Source: Amoeboaphelidium protococcarum X5
Taxonomy: Eukaryota; Fungi; Aphelidiomycota
Reading direction: 5' to 3'
Assembly: GCA_023515725.1 (NCBI GenBank)
Contig: JALDTO010000235.1
Span: 62,001-126,000, forward strand
Length of the DNA: 64,000 nt
Made by a program: the position numbers and the translations under genes
The notes under the pieces: model-generated
The model's input: only the letters and a program-made list of their open reading frames with translations
What the model was told of the DNA's origin: nothing
Database searches by the model: none
In this document: positions 41,876 to 56,857 of the stretch, piece by piece
Numbering within the stretch: position 1 is the first letter of the stretch
Layout of the letters: the number at the start of each line of letters is the position of its first letter

Positions 41876-42307
41876 TTTCAAATGATCAGTATTGCGATGA
41901 AAGAATTAGAACACTGTCAGTAAGCATTGAATACAATGCAATGATGAGATGTGACACGACCAGTCATCATTTCATTGTGATATCAATGAGGATGGTCGCA
42001 GCTTAAAACCACTCAGGAGTTATTGGTATTGTTAAGGTATTGAGACAAGCTCAGAAGATTGGCAATAAAGTAAACGAGTAATTAGATTATTGACTTGTAT
42101 TGAAGAGTATGTAAAAATATATAGAATCTCATTGATAATCGTATTTAAAATAAGACTAACTATCATACAAATACTTTATGGATAAAAAATTTCAAAAGGA
42201 CTTGGTGCACGAATGATTGATCCGCCCCCTTTTCTTAGTAACTTTTAACGCGCTTTTGTCCTTCGAGCTACCATCAAACTTCTATAAACTGTGATAAAAT
42301 CTAAACA

Positions 42308-43353
42308 ATGGTAAATCTTGAAATTGGACGCGTTATAAGATTCCAAGACCACTGCCAATCTATCCTTATTAGTGATACTGTACATTAAAGTAGTCATAGA
42401 CTTCTCAATAGCATGCTTTATTTGAGTAAATCTAGGTACGGCATTCTGAAGTACGAGCGATTTGATTATCTTAATCATTTTAATAATTTTGTAGATTTCA
42501 GAATGTCGCTTTAATTAGCTGTAGTGTCAGTCAGGCTTCAAGATTATATAATGCAGACGCTAATATTATTGATATCTCTGATAAGATTTATGATTTTGAG
42601 TCTATGAAGGAAGTTATACTATCACAAGTTAGTACAAGTAAATCGCTGATCGTGGTGGATTCTATTGATTTGTTTGCATCTCTGCATGGGGTTTATAAGA
42701 CATACACTTTTCTATGTGAATTTATTGCATAACAGAAACTCACGAATAAAGATAGTGCTATAATCGCGCTGTGTCATCGAGATTGTATGCACATAAAAGA
42801 CTATTAGACTGTATCATTCGCGTTCAACTGCAAACTTGATGTTGTGCCTATATACGATTTCGAGAATTCTGAAGATAAGAGGATTGCCGCTCTGCTAGAC
42901 TCTGCCAATGGTAATAGTGCATCGAGAAGTTCAAAGGATGATAATTTCAAACTGAAGCTAAGAGATTAAAGCCCTCGCTACTATGGAATCAAATCTGTAT
43001 ATAGAAAGTCTAATGGCAAGACTTATCACGAGGAATCTATAGTGACAATGGCAGATTAGCCTGCTCAGTCGGACACACCTATCAATATCGAGGATGCAAA
43101 ATTGTTTATGAAAGAGTTTTATGATGTGTAAGACAATAAAGGTGCATAGCAGCAGACGCAACAGGATCCTTTAGATGGGATGGAAGTTCCGTTCAATTTG
43201 GCTCTAACTGAAGATCAGAAGCGCGAACGAGATTAAGTCAATTTGGCCTATTTGGACAGGCAGGACCCCTCACTTCCCGTTCCTCAGTTTCCCGTGATTG
43301 AATACATACCTGACGCTGCTGATGACTTTGACGATGAAGATCCTGATTTTTGA
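42308..43353 (+). CDS. ELP5: Elongator subunit 5 (intron 42436-42494)
   Basis: ILISDTVH[Q]S, IVVDSI, C-terminal PFNLALTEDQKRERD[Q]VNLAY...IEYIPDAADDFDDEDPDF. Confidence 0.8.
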
Positions 43354-43530
43354 ATAGATTTACTCTATCGTTGCTATTGTCTTTATGCCACTATTTACCG
43401 AACAATCGGCGCGTTTGAATTTGATTTTTCGATTCGATTCTTCGCTGATCTTGGTCGCTTAGTGAATCCACACTTCTTTCACATTATTTATATTCAATAG
43501 CAAGCAGTCGGAGTATCATAGTGCAGAATC

Positions 43531-44749
43531 ATGTTAAAGTGTTTGAATAAAGGCTGCGGAAGGGAATTTATTGACAGCGATAACACTGACAATGCCTGCT
43601 CTTATCACTCTGGCCCACGTAAGTATCTTATCTATTTGATCAATACAAAAGTGAGATTACAACCACTGTTATAATATAAATGTAGCCGTGTTTCATGAAG
43701 GACTTAAGGGCTGGCAGTGCTGTAGTAAGCGTGTGATTGAATTTGATGAATTTCTGTAGATTCCTGGCTGTACTACTGGCAGACACCAATCATCTGCTGA
43801 TGATGATCAGGTAGAATCTCCATCCTAAGATCAATCTAATTCTAATGATTAAAAGTCTGTTCATTCTGCATTTCTTGAAAAAGAAAATGGCACTACTGAT
43901 TAGAATCTACAATAGAAGCCATCATCAGTAAGCAGCAATGGCAAGACTGAAGTTTACGGCATTGTATAATCATAATAAGCTGCTGAGTAATCTCCGCTGT
44001 CTTCACCTACCGTCAAGCTGAGTAATGCCAACTTGGAATCCGAATAGTAGATTGAGCGAGATCCAGTTGATGCGATTATAAAGGATGGAATGGTATGTAA
44101 GAGGAATGGATGTGGATATGCTTACAAGGTGGGTGATGACGAAGATGATTACAAGGAATTGAATAGAACTTGCCACTTCCACCCTGGCGCGCCTGTATTT
44201 CATGAAGGTTCTAAAGGATGGTCTTGCTGTTCGCGCAAGGTATTGGAGTTTGATGAATTTCTCAAGATTAAAGGATGCTAATAGGATCAGCACCTGTTTA
44301 TTGGCAGTGCAGCCGATAAGGCTTGTGATAAGTCATAGTTGAGTTAGAAGAATAAGGCCATAAATGTTAGACATGACTGGTTCCAATCTCCTCATTCGGT
44401 GACAGTGTCATTCTATGTGAAGAAAGTTGATAAAGACACTGTGGATTGTCGCTTCTTGGAATAGAGGTTGGAATTATAGTTTAAACATCCAGAGAATGGT
44501 GGAGTGTAATAATTTACTGCAGATTTATTCTAGCCTATTGTGGCCGCAGAGTGTCAATGTCGCGTAATGTCCACCAAGATTGAGGTCACTCTGCGGAAAG
44601 CTAATGGTATATCATGGCCGCAGTTGGAGAAGACTGATGCTCCCATCACAACTTGGACCACTTTTGGTATCACTGGCCGCACTGGAACTGTTGGAAGTAA
44701 AGAAATGCAGGTGTCTAATGACTCTCCCCTGCTAGCGTTAAATAGATGA
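43531..44749 (+). CDS. CHORDC1: CHORD-CHORD-CS domain Hsp90 co-chaperone (one intron)
   Basis: [82 protein letters not shown]. Confidence 0.93.
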
Positions 44750-45045
44750 CGCGAGAACAATACGCAATATCTTTCTTATTTATTCAAAATATACATTATA
44801 TATACATATCACGCTACTGATCTCAATGATCTTATAAACAATCACCCAGCAAACTAGTTCGAAAATGGTGTTTACCAACATCGACGAATGCAGTATCTGA
44901 TAGGAGCATTTTATCGCACAATTTGGCCTGTTTGATCACTTGAGGGACACAAGGGGGGGGGGGTCATTTTATGTTACTTTATCCTAACTGACTACATGAA
45001 TAACTATACAATATTGGTCAGGCGTAATTACATGAGACGTTAACT

Positions 45046-46833
45046 TCAAATAAAATCTTTGCTTTAAGATCTTCCAGTCATGAACCAAACATCATCGACG
45101 CGCCATTTAACACCAGAGTGATCATAATAATGACCCTTCTGAGCATGCGTAATGCCACCCAACGAATCATCTGGAGTCTCAAGGTAATCCACCACATCCA
45201 CAGTGTCCACTTAAGCGAGGGGCTACAACACCTTCACATTGTCTCCACTTATGAAGCCCAAATCGTAGCCATATAGTTGCAAGCATGCTTTAAGTTTTGG
45301 TAGAGACACCAATACGGACTTATTTTTAAGATTGGTAGACCTCACAGAACACAATGGCTAGGAGTCAGCTTCAATAGCCAACTTATGCAGAGCCTCAAAC
45401 CCGTTGGCGGCTTTGTATGACACTTTAGTAAATGGGCTCAATAGCCTATTACCAAATACTTCTTCAATGTCAATCTGACCATTGCCGTTCACATCCGGCA
45501 GAGCTAACATCATGTCGCCTCCGACAGCTCCGGCATGTAGTTCAGTCACATTACTAGGATCCAACCAGATACCGGTGCCATATTTAACATGGACATCCCA
45601 GTCCTAGTTCAAATCAAATACAAGGGGCGATTCGCCACACTCGAAAGGTACCGGATCTTCAGGAGCTGGTTATGGAGGAGGAGGAGAGGGAGTAGGAACT
45701 GGAGGTCTCACACGGCTGGGAGTGGGTTGAGGAGTATTAGCCGGCCGTGTACGCCTATCTGAAGGCGTACGACTTGTTGGGGCTGATGGCGATTCAACAG
45801 GAGTCTCGGGACGACGACGCGGTAGAGGTGATTCCGGTACATCAGGAGTTTAAGTAGGACGACGAGGTAGACGTGATTCCGGTTCAACAGGTGTTTAAGT
45901 AGGACGACGAGGTAGAAGTGATTCCGGTACAACAGGTTTTTAAGTAGGACGACGAGGTAGACGTGATTCCGGTACAACAGGAGTTTAAGTAGGACGACGA
46001 GAAGTACTTGTCAGAGATGAAAATTATGACTGTGGATTATCAGGGTTAGGATTACGCTGACGAGGAGGACGAGGAGGAGCTGGCTCGGGAGTAGATGGAG
46101 GTAGCTCAGGGGCCGGAGGCTAAGGTTATTGGGGATTCCAGGTGGCAGGTGTCTTGACAGCCTATGTCGTAGAAACACTAGAGGTGGATATCACAGTTGA
46201 GCGAGAAGACTCTACCGTGGTGCTAGTCAAAGCTTCTTAGGATGACCTAAACTAAGCAAGCGTAGATGAAATAGCTTGTGTCCTACTAGACGGAGTGCCT
46301 GAACCAGAGGAGGCTATTATTGACGATGGCGTTTGCTTAACGTCAGATGAATGGATACTAGACAATGTCGCAGGCTTTGCCACAGTTTCAGTTGTATCAG
46401 CTTTCGACGACTATCTAGCTACAAGAGATGAGATACTTGAAGCAATTTTAGTTTCAGTAGCTGGAATGGCAGGCGTAACATCTTAATTAGATGTTTTCGT
46501 GAATTGGCATGATGTGCACGGAGAGCTATCCACCATAATAGGAGAACAGGTAGTGCACGGCATCCCAGAAGTCACCTAATTTGACCCAGATTGATTGAAT
46601 ACCGTTGTAGGAGTTCTAGCTGTAGAGGTGCAAGAGGTAGACTAAGTTACACCAAACATTGACGATGAACTCGCAATATGATTGCCTGGGCAATGTTTAC
46701 AATTTTCAGATAACACGCCATCAGACACCTTGTCCCTCAAACGGCACTTCACAGGGGGATCTTCGTTCGGTAACGCACGCGCCAAGATCACAGCAGCGGC
46801 GGTAAGTATCGAGCTCAATTTCAGCAGTTGCAT
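45046..46833 (-). CDS. Secreted Ser/Thr/Pro-rich mucin-like protein with a C-terminal domain resembling the bacterial RTX/FrpC self-processing module, ~595 aa
   Basis: Signal peptide MQLLKLSSILTAAAVILARA; STP-rich stalk; ESPLVFDLN[Q]D...DMMLALPDVNGNGQIDIEEVFGN...NGFEAL...HAQKGHY..SG..WRVDDVWF. Confidence 0.75.
45814..46001 (-). repeat. Four-plus tandem 45-nt repeats (15 aa, PRRPT[Q]TPVVPESRL)
   Basis: Units start at 45814, 45859, 45904 and 45949, with a partial unit at 45994. Confidence 0.92.
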
Positions 46834-47432
46834 TATTATAGTATACAATACTTACTATGAATAGAAGGCAATGCTTGTTGTGTATTAGTTATAAGAAGAG
46901 GTGAAAACAATTAAGCTAATCAGACGAAATTGACAATGTCTAGAATGGAATTTATTGGTTGTTTGATCATATTCATATTAATGGCTTGATCAATCACTTT
47001 AATAATATACGGGACGCTTTGATTGGCCAGGAAAAAGATCTTATATGATCTGAAGCCCCATCTTAGAATGCCTTGTGTATTGGTGATTAAAAGGAAGGCT
47101 CGACATGCAATGGTCGGCCAGATGGTTATTTAGTTGGCGGCAAACCGTGTTCTACTGTAAATCAGCTTGAACTTTCTCTCACACTTCACCATGTGAATTT
47201 ACCGTAGATTGGAAAGTTATTAGAAAAATCGATTGAGATGGAACAAGATATTCCCATTACCTTCCACGCCACAATTTCTGTTTAACAATTAAAATGCTGC
47301 AAACTATGTAAGAATTATAAAGAATGCTTTCTATTTACCATTAGTAGTTTTACACATTTCTACTCCTTGTTATACTGATAACAGTACACGAATGGCAAAT
47401 CCGCCATGATTGCCATTATTGAAAGAAAGCAT

Positions 47433-48795
47433 TCAATTGTACAATTCTAATGGAATATCAGCAGGTATTGGCTTAATCTCCGTACCCAATTCTTGCTCAA
47501 TTCTAAACAGATTGAAGCGATCATCATATGTGACCAAGTTGATTGCCAGGCCCAAGTGACCAAATCTCCCACTACGACCAATACGATGCAAATACGTCTC
47601 TGCATTCTTGGGAAAGTCAAAGTTGATGACCACATTTACAGCCTGGATGTCAATACCACGCGTGAATAGATCAGAACTGACCAGATTACGACACTTTCCA
47701 CTTCGGAAATCATGAAAGACTCTATTTCTATCAGCCTGTGGCATCCGAGCATGGATATAGAAACAGCTATAGCCCAGTTCAGTAATCTTCTTGGCAAGCA
47801 ACTCTACTCTCTACGTGGAATTACAGAATATGATTGACTAATTAATCTTCAACTTGCTAAACAGAGTATTTAGACAGTGCATCTTCTAACGTTCCTCCAG
47901 GAAGGCATAAAATTGCGTTATACCACGTAGGGTCAAATCTTCCATCAAGTTGATCTCATACGCATTCTGCATAAAGTTATCCTTGAAAGTCTTGACTAAA
48001 AGCGGGAAGGTGGCAGAGAATAGCAAAATCTATCTCTCCTAATGCAATAGTCCAATCAACTTCTCAATCACCGGCTGGAATTCTGGACTCAGAAGCTTAT
48101 CTGCCTCATCCATCACAAGCATCTTGCACTTATTCAATTTGGCCAATTTCCGCTCACCCAAATCCAGAATACGACCAGGAGTGGCGACAATGATGTGCAC
48201 AGTCTTGTCCAATCTGATAATGTCATCCTTCAGCCCAGTACCTCCAGTAGTTGTCATAATCTCCAAATTAAGATGCTTACCGAGAGTCTTACACACCTAC
48301 GCAGTCTATAGTGCCAGTTCTCTAGTCGGCACCAGAATAACAGCCTGAATATGATTCTACGTAACGTCCACCTTTTCCAAAACGGGAATCACAAATGCTA
48401 CATAATATAACTAGGGAATAATAAATAATAATAAGTCATCGAGGTGATAATAATGATAATCATACCTGCAGTCTTTCCTGTACCATTCTTAGCTCTGGCC
48501 AAAATGTGTAGTCCAGATAACGCGATGGGAATGGCCTCCTCTTGTATAGGTGATGGCTTCTCAAATCCAGCCTCAAATATGCCCATCAATAGTTCCCTCT
48601 TTAGAAAATAATCTTCAAAATCATTTCCCTTCGTAACAGTGACATCCTACACTATTTCATATTATAGAATATTGTGTGCATTTAAATAAAATGGATTGAA
48701 TATGCTGCATCTCTCACCTCAGTCTTGATTCTGGCATCCTTCACAGGCACAGTCAAGCCCTGCTTCCAACTATTGTCTGCACTGCCGTTACTCAT
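47433..48795 (-). CDS. DHH1: DEAD-box helicase Dhh1/DDX6 (two introns)
   Basis: [70 protein letters not shown]. Confidence 0.97.
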
Positions 48796-50079
48796 ACTTT
48801 TAATAATGCACTAGTTCTGTCGTTTCAATAAATTAAAATGAGAAATTATACGATATAGCAACTGATAAATCACGACAAATACACAATGATATTAAGCAAT
48901 TTAGAAACAGCGTATGTCGATTGAATTGAACGGTGAAAGAACAAAAGGGGAACGACACTTAGTTCTGTGCAACAGACGAACGTTCTCAAAGAGCGTGCGA
49001 GAGATTTTCGTTTTACGCCAAATTAGGCGCGAGTGTTTTCAAAGACGCGCTGTCTTGTATCCTCCACCAATATTCATTTGATACATTTAATCTGTATTTA
49101 GTTTTTTTTAAGTACTGTATTATGTAATAGTTTAGCAATTATAAGCATTCACCATGTTTACTTATTGTTGAAATGTCCAGAATAGTAGCCAAATTCGCTG
49201 GCAAAATCTTCAGTGGTCCTCAACTATCATAAGCTATCAGGTTCATGGCTAGATATTTTGGAACTCTCAAGCAGTGATTGACTGCCTACCAACTATACAA
49301 CAAAAACATTAGCCACTCAATTACGCGATAGTGTTGATATTATTGATTGCACACAAGATTGACCACTCACAATGATGAGTGTTTGACAATAACTGAGACT
49401 CGCCGTGCAATGCCTTTACCCATATAGATTTATTACTCCTTTTCACTAAAGATTATTCATTTCAGTGTATAAGCTATGGACATAGTAATTTTTAACGTTT
49501 CATTACGCTTCCTCATCGAGTAAATGCTCAAACTAGGTGCAACCTGCTCTAGAGTTCCCAAAGTAGTCGCCACCTATTTTGGCTTCTGGAATCACGTGTA
49601 AAAGTGCTGCAACCGTCAGACAATGACTTAAACCTCATTTATAATAAATAAATGAAGATTCGTAGCAGTTCTTTGCGAAAATATTGAAAATAGTGGTTTT
49701 ACACTTGAATGATTTCAGTACACACGTCCGTCATGACGACACGTAAAGAACGGCATGTTTAGAGACAGGATCCACAAGCAAAAGATATTCTTTAGAACTG
49801 AGCCGCGTAGAAAAGTTTTCAAACTAGAAGATCGCCTCAAGAACGCGGCCGGTGCAAGGCGTCCGCTACTACAGGTGCCGCGCCTCAATATTCTAATCCC
49901 ATACTTATCATTTACATTTACGTCAGAAAGCATACAAATTAAAATAAAATCTAAAGAGAATCTTTTAATAAAAGTAAAAGCATAAAACAAAAGCAATAAT
50001 AATAATTGGGCAAATAGTGTTTCTATTGAAACTTGCATGGGGTGGCAAACGAGTGACATGTTCATATAGGCATCATCTC

Positions 50080-50662
<583 letters not shown>

Positions 50663-51271
50663 TCAAAACGTGACAAATGATGTAAAGCCTATTAAGCGTA
50701 AATCGGTAAAATTGTCAGCTGGCGAAAAAGAATGGGGAAATGCGGGCGCTCTTTGCGTATTGAATTGACGCGATCTCTCTCAGTCAATTTCTCTCGCTGA
50801 GGGCACATGAGGGAACGACGACGAAAAGAATAAGATGGAACTTCGAGATAGCGTCACACACGCTGAAGGACGGAGCTCACATGACGATTAAATGACATTA
50901 TGGTGTTTCAAGTTTGACGATTAAGGATTTGCAAAGACACTAAAAATATTTCTGTTTCAGAATTATAATTGTGTAAAAAGTGCCCTCATTGAATTTCCAA
51001 TTAAGCTATTGTCCATTTGGTGTATGCCCCCTATTTATTGATATCTTATTATGACCACGCCTTCTTAAAATACGCGTTGAGCCATACAAAAAGTATCGAT
51101 TTTCACTCACATATTAGATAGATAGACACATCACGGTTAAATTTGAGCTTAGACTCTTTTAATAATCCCAGATAAGAAAGTTTCGCGTGACATTTGCCTT
51201 TCATTTTTTTATTCATTTCTTGTGCCTAAATTGCTTTGCAGTTTCACTTGGATATATAGTAGAAAAGTGAG

Positions 51272-52867
51272 ATGACTAAGAGCGTTTTTCCTTCTCCTTA
51301 TTAGCTGGATGTTGGCGCATCTATTCCAGAAAATATAACCCATGCCGTGTCAGTGTCTTTGCCGACGTTCCAATCGACTGTGGATTATGAAGAAGGAAAA
51401 TTGAAGATCAAGTCTGGCTATCCTCGATTTGTACTATCTTCAAACATTGTCAAGCTAAGCTAGATGATTCTGGATGCGTAGTAAACTGATACTGGTGTTA
51501 AAAGTGCTTTAAAATCTGCATTTCTGTATCCAACCATGTAATCTGCCAATCGCTGTCTGCACTTTATTCAGTCACGACATGAACTCGGTGATGAAGATAC
51601 TGTTGAAATTTCCAAGTATAGCGACATGTGTTTTGCGGTGGTCATTAACTGTGGTGAATATAGCTCATATAACGCGTTGTTCTATCTTGCTAAAAGCTTC
51701 TGGTAGCATTGCGGTGAAGGTATATCTTCAAGGCTCGCAGACTACACTTTGTCGTTGGATGATGGCAATGGAAGAGTGGCGTCATCACCAATTTCTATCA
51801 GAGAGTCGTCTCTATTTATGCAACAAGTCAAAGAAATTTTGGAGAGATTATATTTCGGAGCAGATGATACTCAAAACTAGGTGTTCTTAGCTCCATCCGG
51901 GATGTCTGCCATCTACTCTGTTCACAGAGCTTTGACGCAGCATAGATGTCGCAATTCCATATAATACGGTTTTCCTTATCTGGACACGTTGAAGTTGTAA
52001 TAAAAGTTTAATATGAAGTGCCATCACATCATAGCTAATGATAATGTAAATGGACTGGAATCGTTGAAATCAGCTTTGTTAGAAGATGCGAATGTGGCGT
52101 TTGTTATTACCGAAGTTCCGTCTAATCCTCTGTTAGAGTGTCCTCCACTTGATAAAATTTACGCGTTGTGCCAGTAATTCAATGTCCCATTGATTGTGGA
52201 TGATACAATAAGTGGCCCTGTGTGTTTGCCTCTCGTTTTGAAAAATTGCGATGCGGTAGTGTCCAGTCTAACCAAGTTAGTATCTGGTGGATGCAATGTA
52301 ATGTCTGGTGGTATCATTCTAAATTCGTAAAGTTAACATTTCACTGCTTTAAAAGAGTTTATGCTTTAATATGAGCTGGAGCAGAACCTATGGTGGTAAG
52401 ATTTAGAAGTGCTTGGTTTACAGGCTCAAGATTATGAACAGAGAGCTTTACTATGTTCCAAAAATGCGGAGGCAGTTGCAAACTTTTTAACAAATCATCC
52501 AGCAGTAGATAAAGTATTCTATCCAAAGTTTAATAGTACTGACGAGTATCATCAGCTGAGTGGCGTTCATCGTTACTACGGTCCAGTTCTATCTGTAGTC
52601 CTGAAGCAGCCAGAGATTAACACTGCCAAGTTTTATGACGCCTTACCGGCCCCATACGTGTATAAAGGTCCATCTCTTGGTGCCAACTTTACACTCTGCT
52701 GTCTGTACACTTTATTGGCTCATTATGGCGAACTTGACACTGTCGAACAGTTCACCGATGGCAAAGTGTCGCGTTATCTGATCAGATTCAGTATTGGATG
52801 CGACGAGTTTTCCTCACCTCAGCAATTAATTCCCATTCTTAGACAAGTTCTTGACTCGTTATTGTGA
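51272..52867 (+). CDS. STR2: Cystathionine gamma-synthase (fungal Str2/MetB type)
   Basis: HAVSVSLPT..DYEEG..GYPRF, W[Q]HCGEGISSR, GFPYLDTLK, EVPSNPLL, SSLTKL, KGPSLGANFTL..YTLLAHY. Confidence 0.9.
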
Positions 52868-53084
52868 TTCAAGGTATACTTTAGTTAAAATAAAGTTTTC
52901 TGCCATTTAAATTTCTTTTTCGAAGTCTTACTCTAAATTCTTATACTCTGTTCAGCCAGAACTTGTCTTTGTTTCGCGTCGTCTAAAACGTTCGTGCATT
53001 CGATAACTCTTTTCGTCGCCTAAAACTTTCTAACGAACGAACAGTTCTCAGCCGGTACTTTCTTAGTAAAGAAACGACTAGCAT

Positions 53085-54728
53085 AATGGCCAACATGGAA
53101 GTTGAACAATAATAAGAGAAGAGTCAACAGAAGCAGCATACTTTTAGCTCTGGTATGTCGTTATTTGTTTCTTATTATAAACTTGAATGATTATTGTTAA
53201 TGCTTTACGAATGTATGTGTAGCTATGAAGTAGTGTGTCGAGTTGGTGGAGAAGGCTGTCACTCAGTTGGATAAAAAGTATGCGTCACGAGCTTTGCGTG
53301 GACTCCCATACTTGAGAAAGTAAATCACCTTGGAAAAGTTACAACATGCAGTCTCAGTCTATGTGTAAAATGAAGAAGTCTCTTCAGTTCTTAGTAGCAC
53401 TGTTCAGGTAATTATTGTCTAAGTATCTGATTGCAATTTTCATAAATTATTATTCAATTCAAGTATTAGTGTAGACGGCTGCTGCTTCTATGGATGTCGA
53501 CAATTCTTAACATACCACTCAGCGTGCTGCGGCAGAAGTATCAATGTTCGTAGCATTGGTTGCCTTGGTCTATTTAATTGATAGTGGAAAGAAGAGCGAG
53601 TCTTTGGCTCTGTCCTAGAAGTTGGTAAACCTCGTTCCCTCTCTTAATAGAAGAATGCTGGACCCATTTGCAGCATAAATCTTCTTCTATTATGCCAGAG
53701 CCGTTGAACTATTTGGTTAACCAGAGACTGTCCGTAATGTTCTATTGGCCGCGCAGAGATTCGCCGTGTTGCGTCATGACGAGCACTGTGAGGCGATGCT
53801 GATTAATCTGATTCTACGCAATTATCTTCACTATAATTTGTATGATTAGGCGGAGAAATTTGCTGAAAAGGCTCAATTTCCTGAAAAGGCTCAGAATGCA
53901 GAGTCTTCCCGTTACATGTTCTACATGGGAAAGATCAAGACGATCGGTTTGAAGTACAGTGAAGGCAGAGATTATCTGTTGCAGGCTATTCGTAAAGCTC
54001 CGTCTGGTATTTTGCTGGACAAGGTTGCTGATGCTGAAAAGTATGCACAGTCTGCCGTCAAGAGCAAAGGATCCATTGGTTTCCTTCAGACTGCTTAAAA
54101 GTATTATGTTACTGTGCAGTTGCTGATGGGAGAGATTCCTAGCCGTGCGGACTTTCGCGTTCCCATCTTGAAGCAGTGCTTAGAGCCGTACTATCATCTG
54201 ACAATGTCCATGAGAAGCGGTGATCTGAGCGGTTTTCAGAATGCTCTGTCAAAGTACGGTTAGTAGCTGTAGAAGGATGGTACTCTCTCCCTGGTGCAGA
54301 GACTGCGTCATAATGTCATAAAGACTGGTATCCGTATCATCAGCTTGTCTTACTCTAAAATCAGTCTGCGTGATATTTGTATGAAACTACGCCTGGACAG
54401 TGAGGAGGATGCCGAGTACATTGTGGCCAAGGCAATTAATGATGGTGTTATCGATGCCACGATTAATCATCAGCAAGGCTATGTGCAAAACAAGGAGAAT
54501 AGCAACATTTACTGTACCACTGAGCCACAGAAAGCTTTCAACTAGCGCATATAGTTCTGCCTGAACTTGCATCAGGAGACGGTGAAAGCATTGCGTTATG
54601 ACACTGAGAAGAACAAGAAGAAGGAAATTGATGAGGAGAAGGCGAACGAACAGGCCGTGCTGGAAGCTGAACTGGCAGAGTTGGATGAAGGAGATTTTGA
54701 CGATGAAGACGATGACATGGGATTCTGA
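53085..54728 (+). CDS. RPN3: 26S proteasome lid subunit Rpn3/PSMD3 (two introns)
   Basis: [21 protein letters not shown][Q][46 protein letters not shown]. Confidence 0.95.
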
Positions 54729-55404
54729 TTGTGAAGTGAATGCATTAAGTAAGCTGAGGTGTCTGTGTAGTGATTGCGAATTACGGAGCGATGCTAATTA
54801 AGTATCTATTTTTACTATTTTATGGTTAGAAAGAAATGGTTTATAATATTTGGGAAAATATTTATGCGCACCAGATTGTCAACGTGTCACGGTAGGTGAA
54901 TATCAATAAAGATATCGACACATTTGACTTTAATCAGATAACGCATCGCAACACGCCAGTACGCACAGAAGGGAAGCATAAGCAAGCACAGACATGATAA
55001 CCATAACTGGTGCTGCAACTGAGCGTTCCCATTCTTAAAATGTGCAACTACTAGACGCGTCACTGAGATTTTGCACAATAATGACCCATTCAACTGCAAC
55101 GGATAGCATGTAAGTGCTATTGAGATACATGACTCGCATCTCTGCAATTGGACTTAAGAGTTGTGCTTAGGGATATTTGTCATATATCACGTTTTCATTA
55201 ATCACATCCGATGATAAGTGGAAATGATAAATGATAAGAATGATCATGTTCAAATCTATATTGAAATGATTGAATGAAAAGAGTGAAAGAGTAAAGATTG
55301 ACGGGATAAAAGAGAGCAACAATAAGAGAGAAACAACAGTATACATACACATGACGGTAATCATGAAAACTTCCTTAAGCAACCACGAGTCGTTGTCCAC
55401 AAAA

Positions 55405-55818
55405 TCATGACGATTATGGCTATTCCTATTCAGCAGTGAATCCCAAATTCTCAAATTGATCAGGTTCCATCAGCTTCCTACACTAAAATACGGGTCATTA
55501 CGTTTATGATGAAATAATATAGTACGCGACATGCTAGTAACATCTCACCTATCCATTCTACATTACAGGTATTCTTTCGATATATCACGACATTTCTCAA
55601 TAGATCCTTTATTCTTCTTTATACATTTCATATATTTTTGTGCCAAATCTTTGCATAATCCTACTTAAACTTATCAAATTTCATAAGCATCATATCAGAT
55701 ATCACCGGACAATGTAATCAAAATTACCATTTTTATCTAGTGGAAATGATCCGCGCTATGGAGGTTTTGGTGTATATCGCTCAGACGCAGTTGAATACGA
55801 AATGATGGTAGATGACAT
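55405..55818 (-). CDS. COX19: Cox19 twin-CX9C protein (two introns)
   Basis: PKPP[Q]RGSFPLD..GLCK...YMKC......CRDISKEYL[Q]CRMDR.LM....NLGF. Confidence 0.9.
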
Positions 55819-55915
55819 GATACGTAATTAAAGTTCGCTTTCAATAACTTTTTGCATCGAAATAAGATTAAACCTATAGGAGTCGCTCTCTCTCTCGCTA
55901 GCGATTACAGCAGAA

Positions 55916-56857
55916 ATGAAAGTTGAATCTATCAAGTTAAGTAACGGCGTATCATTACCATAACTAGGACTTGGAACGTACCGATTAAAAGGAGAAGACG
56001 CGCATAGAGTTGTGTACGATGCTTTAATATTGGGATATCGGTGCATTGACACTGCGGCTGTGTACAGGAACGAGGAGCAGGTTGGACAGGCAATCCGTAA
56101 ATGGATATAAGATGATCCTGAACAAAATCGATACGATGACTTATTCATTACTACAAAGCTAGGTAAGATACATTCATCGACTATCAGAGACTATAATTAT
56201 AACGTCAGATGTGTAGCACCTAAAGATCATGGGGAGTTGGCATATGATGCTCTGCAATCATCAATCTAAAGGCTGGGTGTTCCGTATGTCAAGTGTTTGA
56301 TGATTCACTGGCCCGCTGTTAAAGGGCTGAAACATGATGACGCGAGAAACAGTGAGATGCGCGCACAATCTTATGCGGCCATTGAGCGGCTGTATACTGA
56401 AGGACTCTGCCGATGTATTAGTCTATCAAACTATGAGATTAGGCATATTGAGGAGGTTTTGCGGACGTGTACGATTAAGCCTCATTTGTTACAATTTGAA
56501 TTGCATCCTCTATATGTATAGACTGAACTAGTCTAGTTTTGTCGATAACATTAAATACATGTACAAGCATACTCTTCATTTGGTGAAGGCAAGTTGGTTA
56601 ATGGCGAGATCAATTTGAAATCTCTGTCTGAAATTGCCGTTGCTCATAAAGTAACCTCCGCTCAAGTTTTACTTGCGTGGGCTTTAACTTAGCATATATC
56701 AGTGATACCAAAAAGTTCTTCTAGTTAAAGATTACGCGAGAACTTGATGATCGATTGTGAATTGAGGTCTTTGACTGATTCACAAATGAGCCTCATCAAT
56801 GATGAATGTTAATTTATCCGGTAGAAATTCTGTTGGGATCCCTCTAAAGTTAAATGA
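55916..56857 (+). CDS. Aldo-keto reductase (one intron)
   Basis: LSNGVSLP[Q][43 protein letters not shown], ends FCWDP. Confidence 0.92.

Noticed and set aside
41880-42250. Terminal inverted repeats or a transposase for the Fanzor element
   Set aside because: Only a short palindrome (cattg..caatg near 41973-41988); no convincing match to the other end and no TnpA or transposase ORF seen
45814-46001. 45-nt repeat array as a CRISPR array
   Set aside because: Head-to-tail repeats with no unique spacers, in frame within a secreted protein
49100-50000. Possible small gene between DHH1 and UBC4
   Set aside because: Only short frames interrupted by TGA, with no recognisable motif
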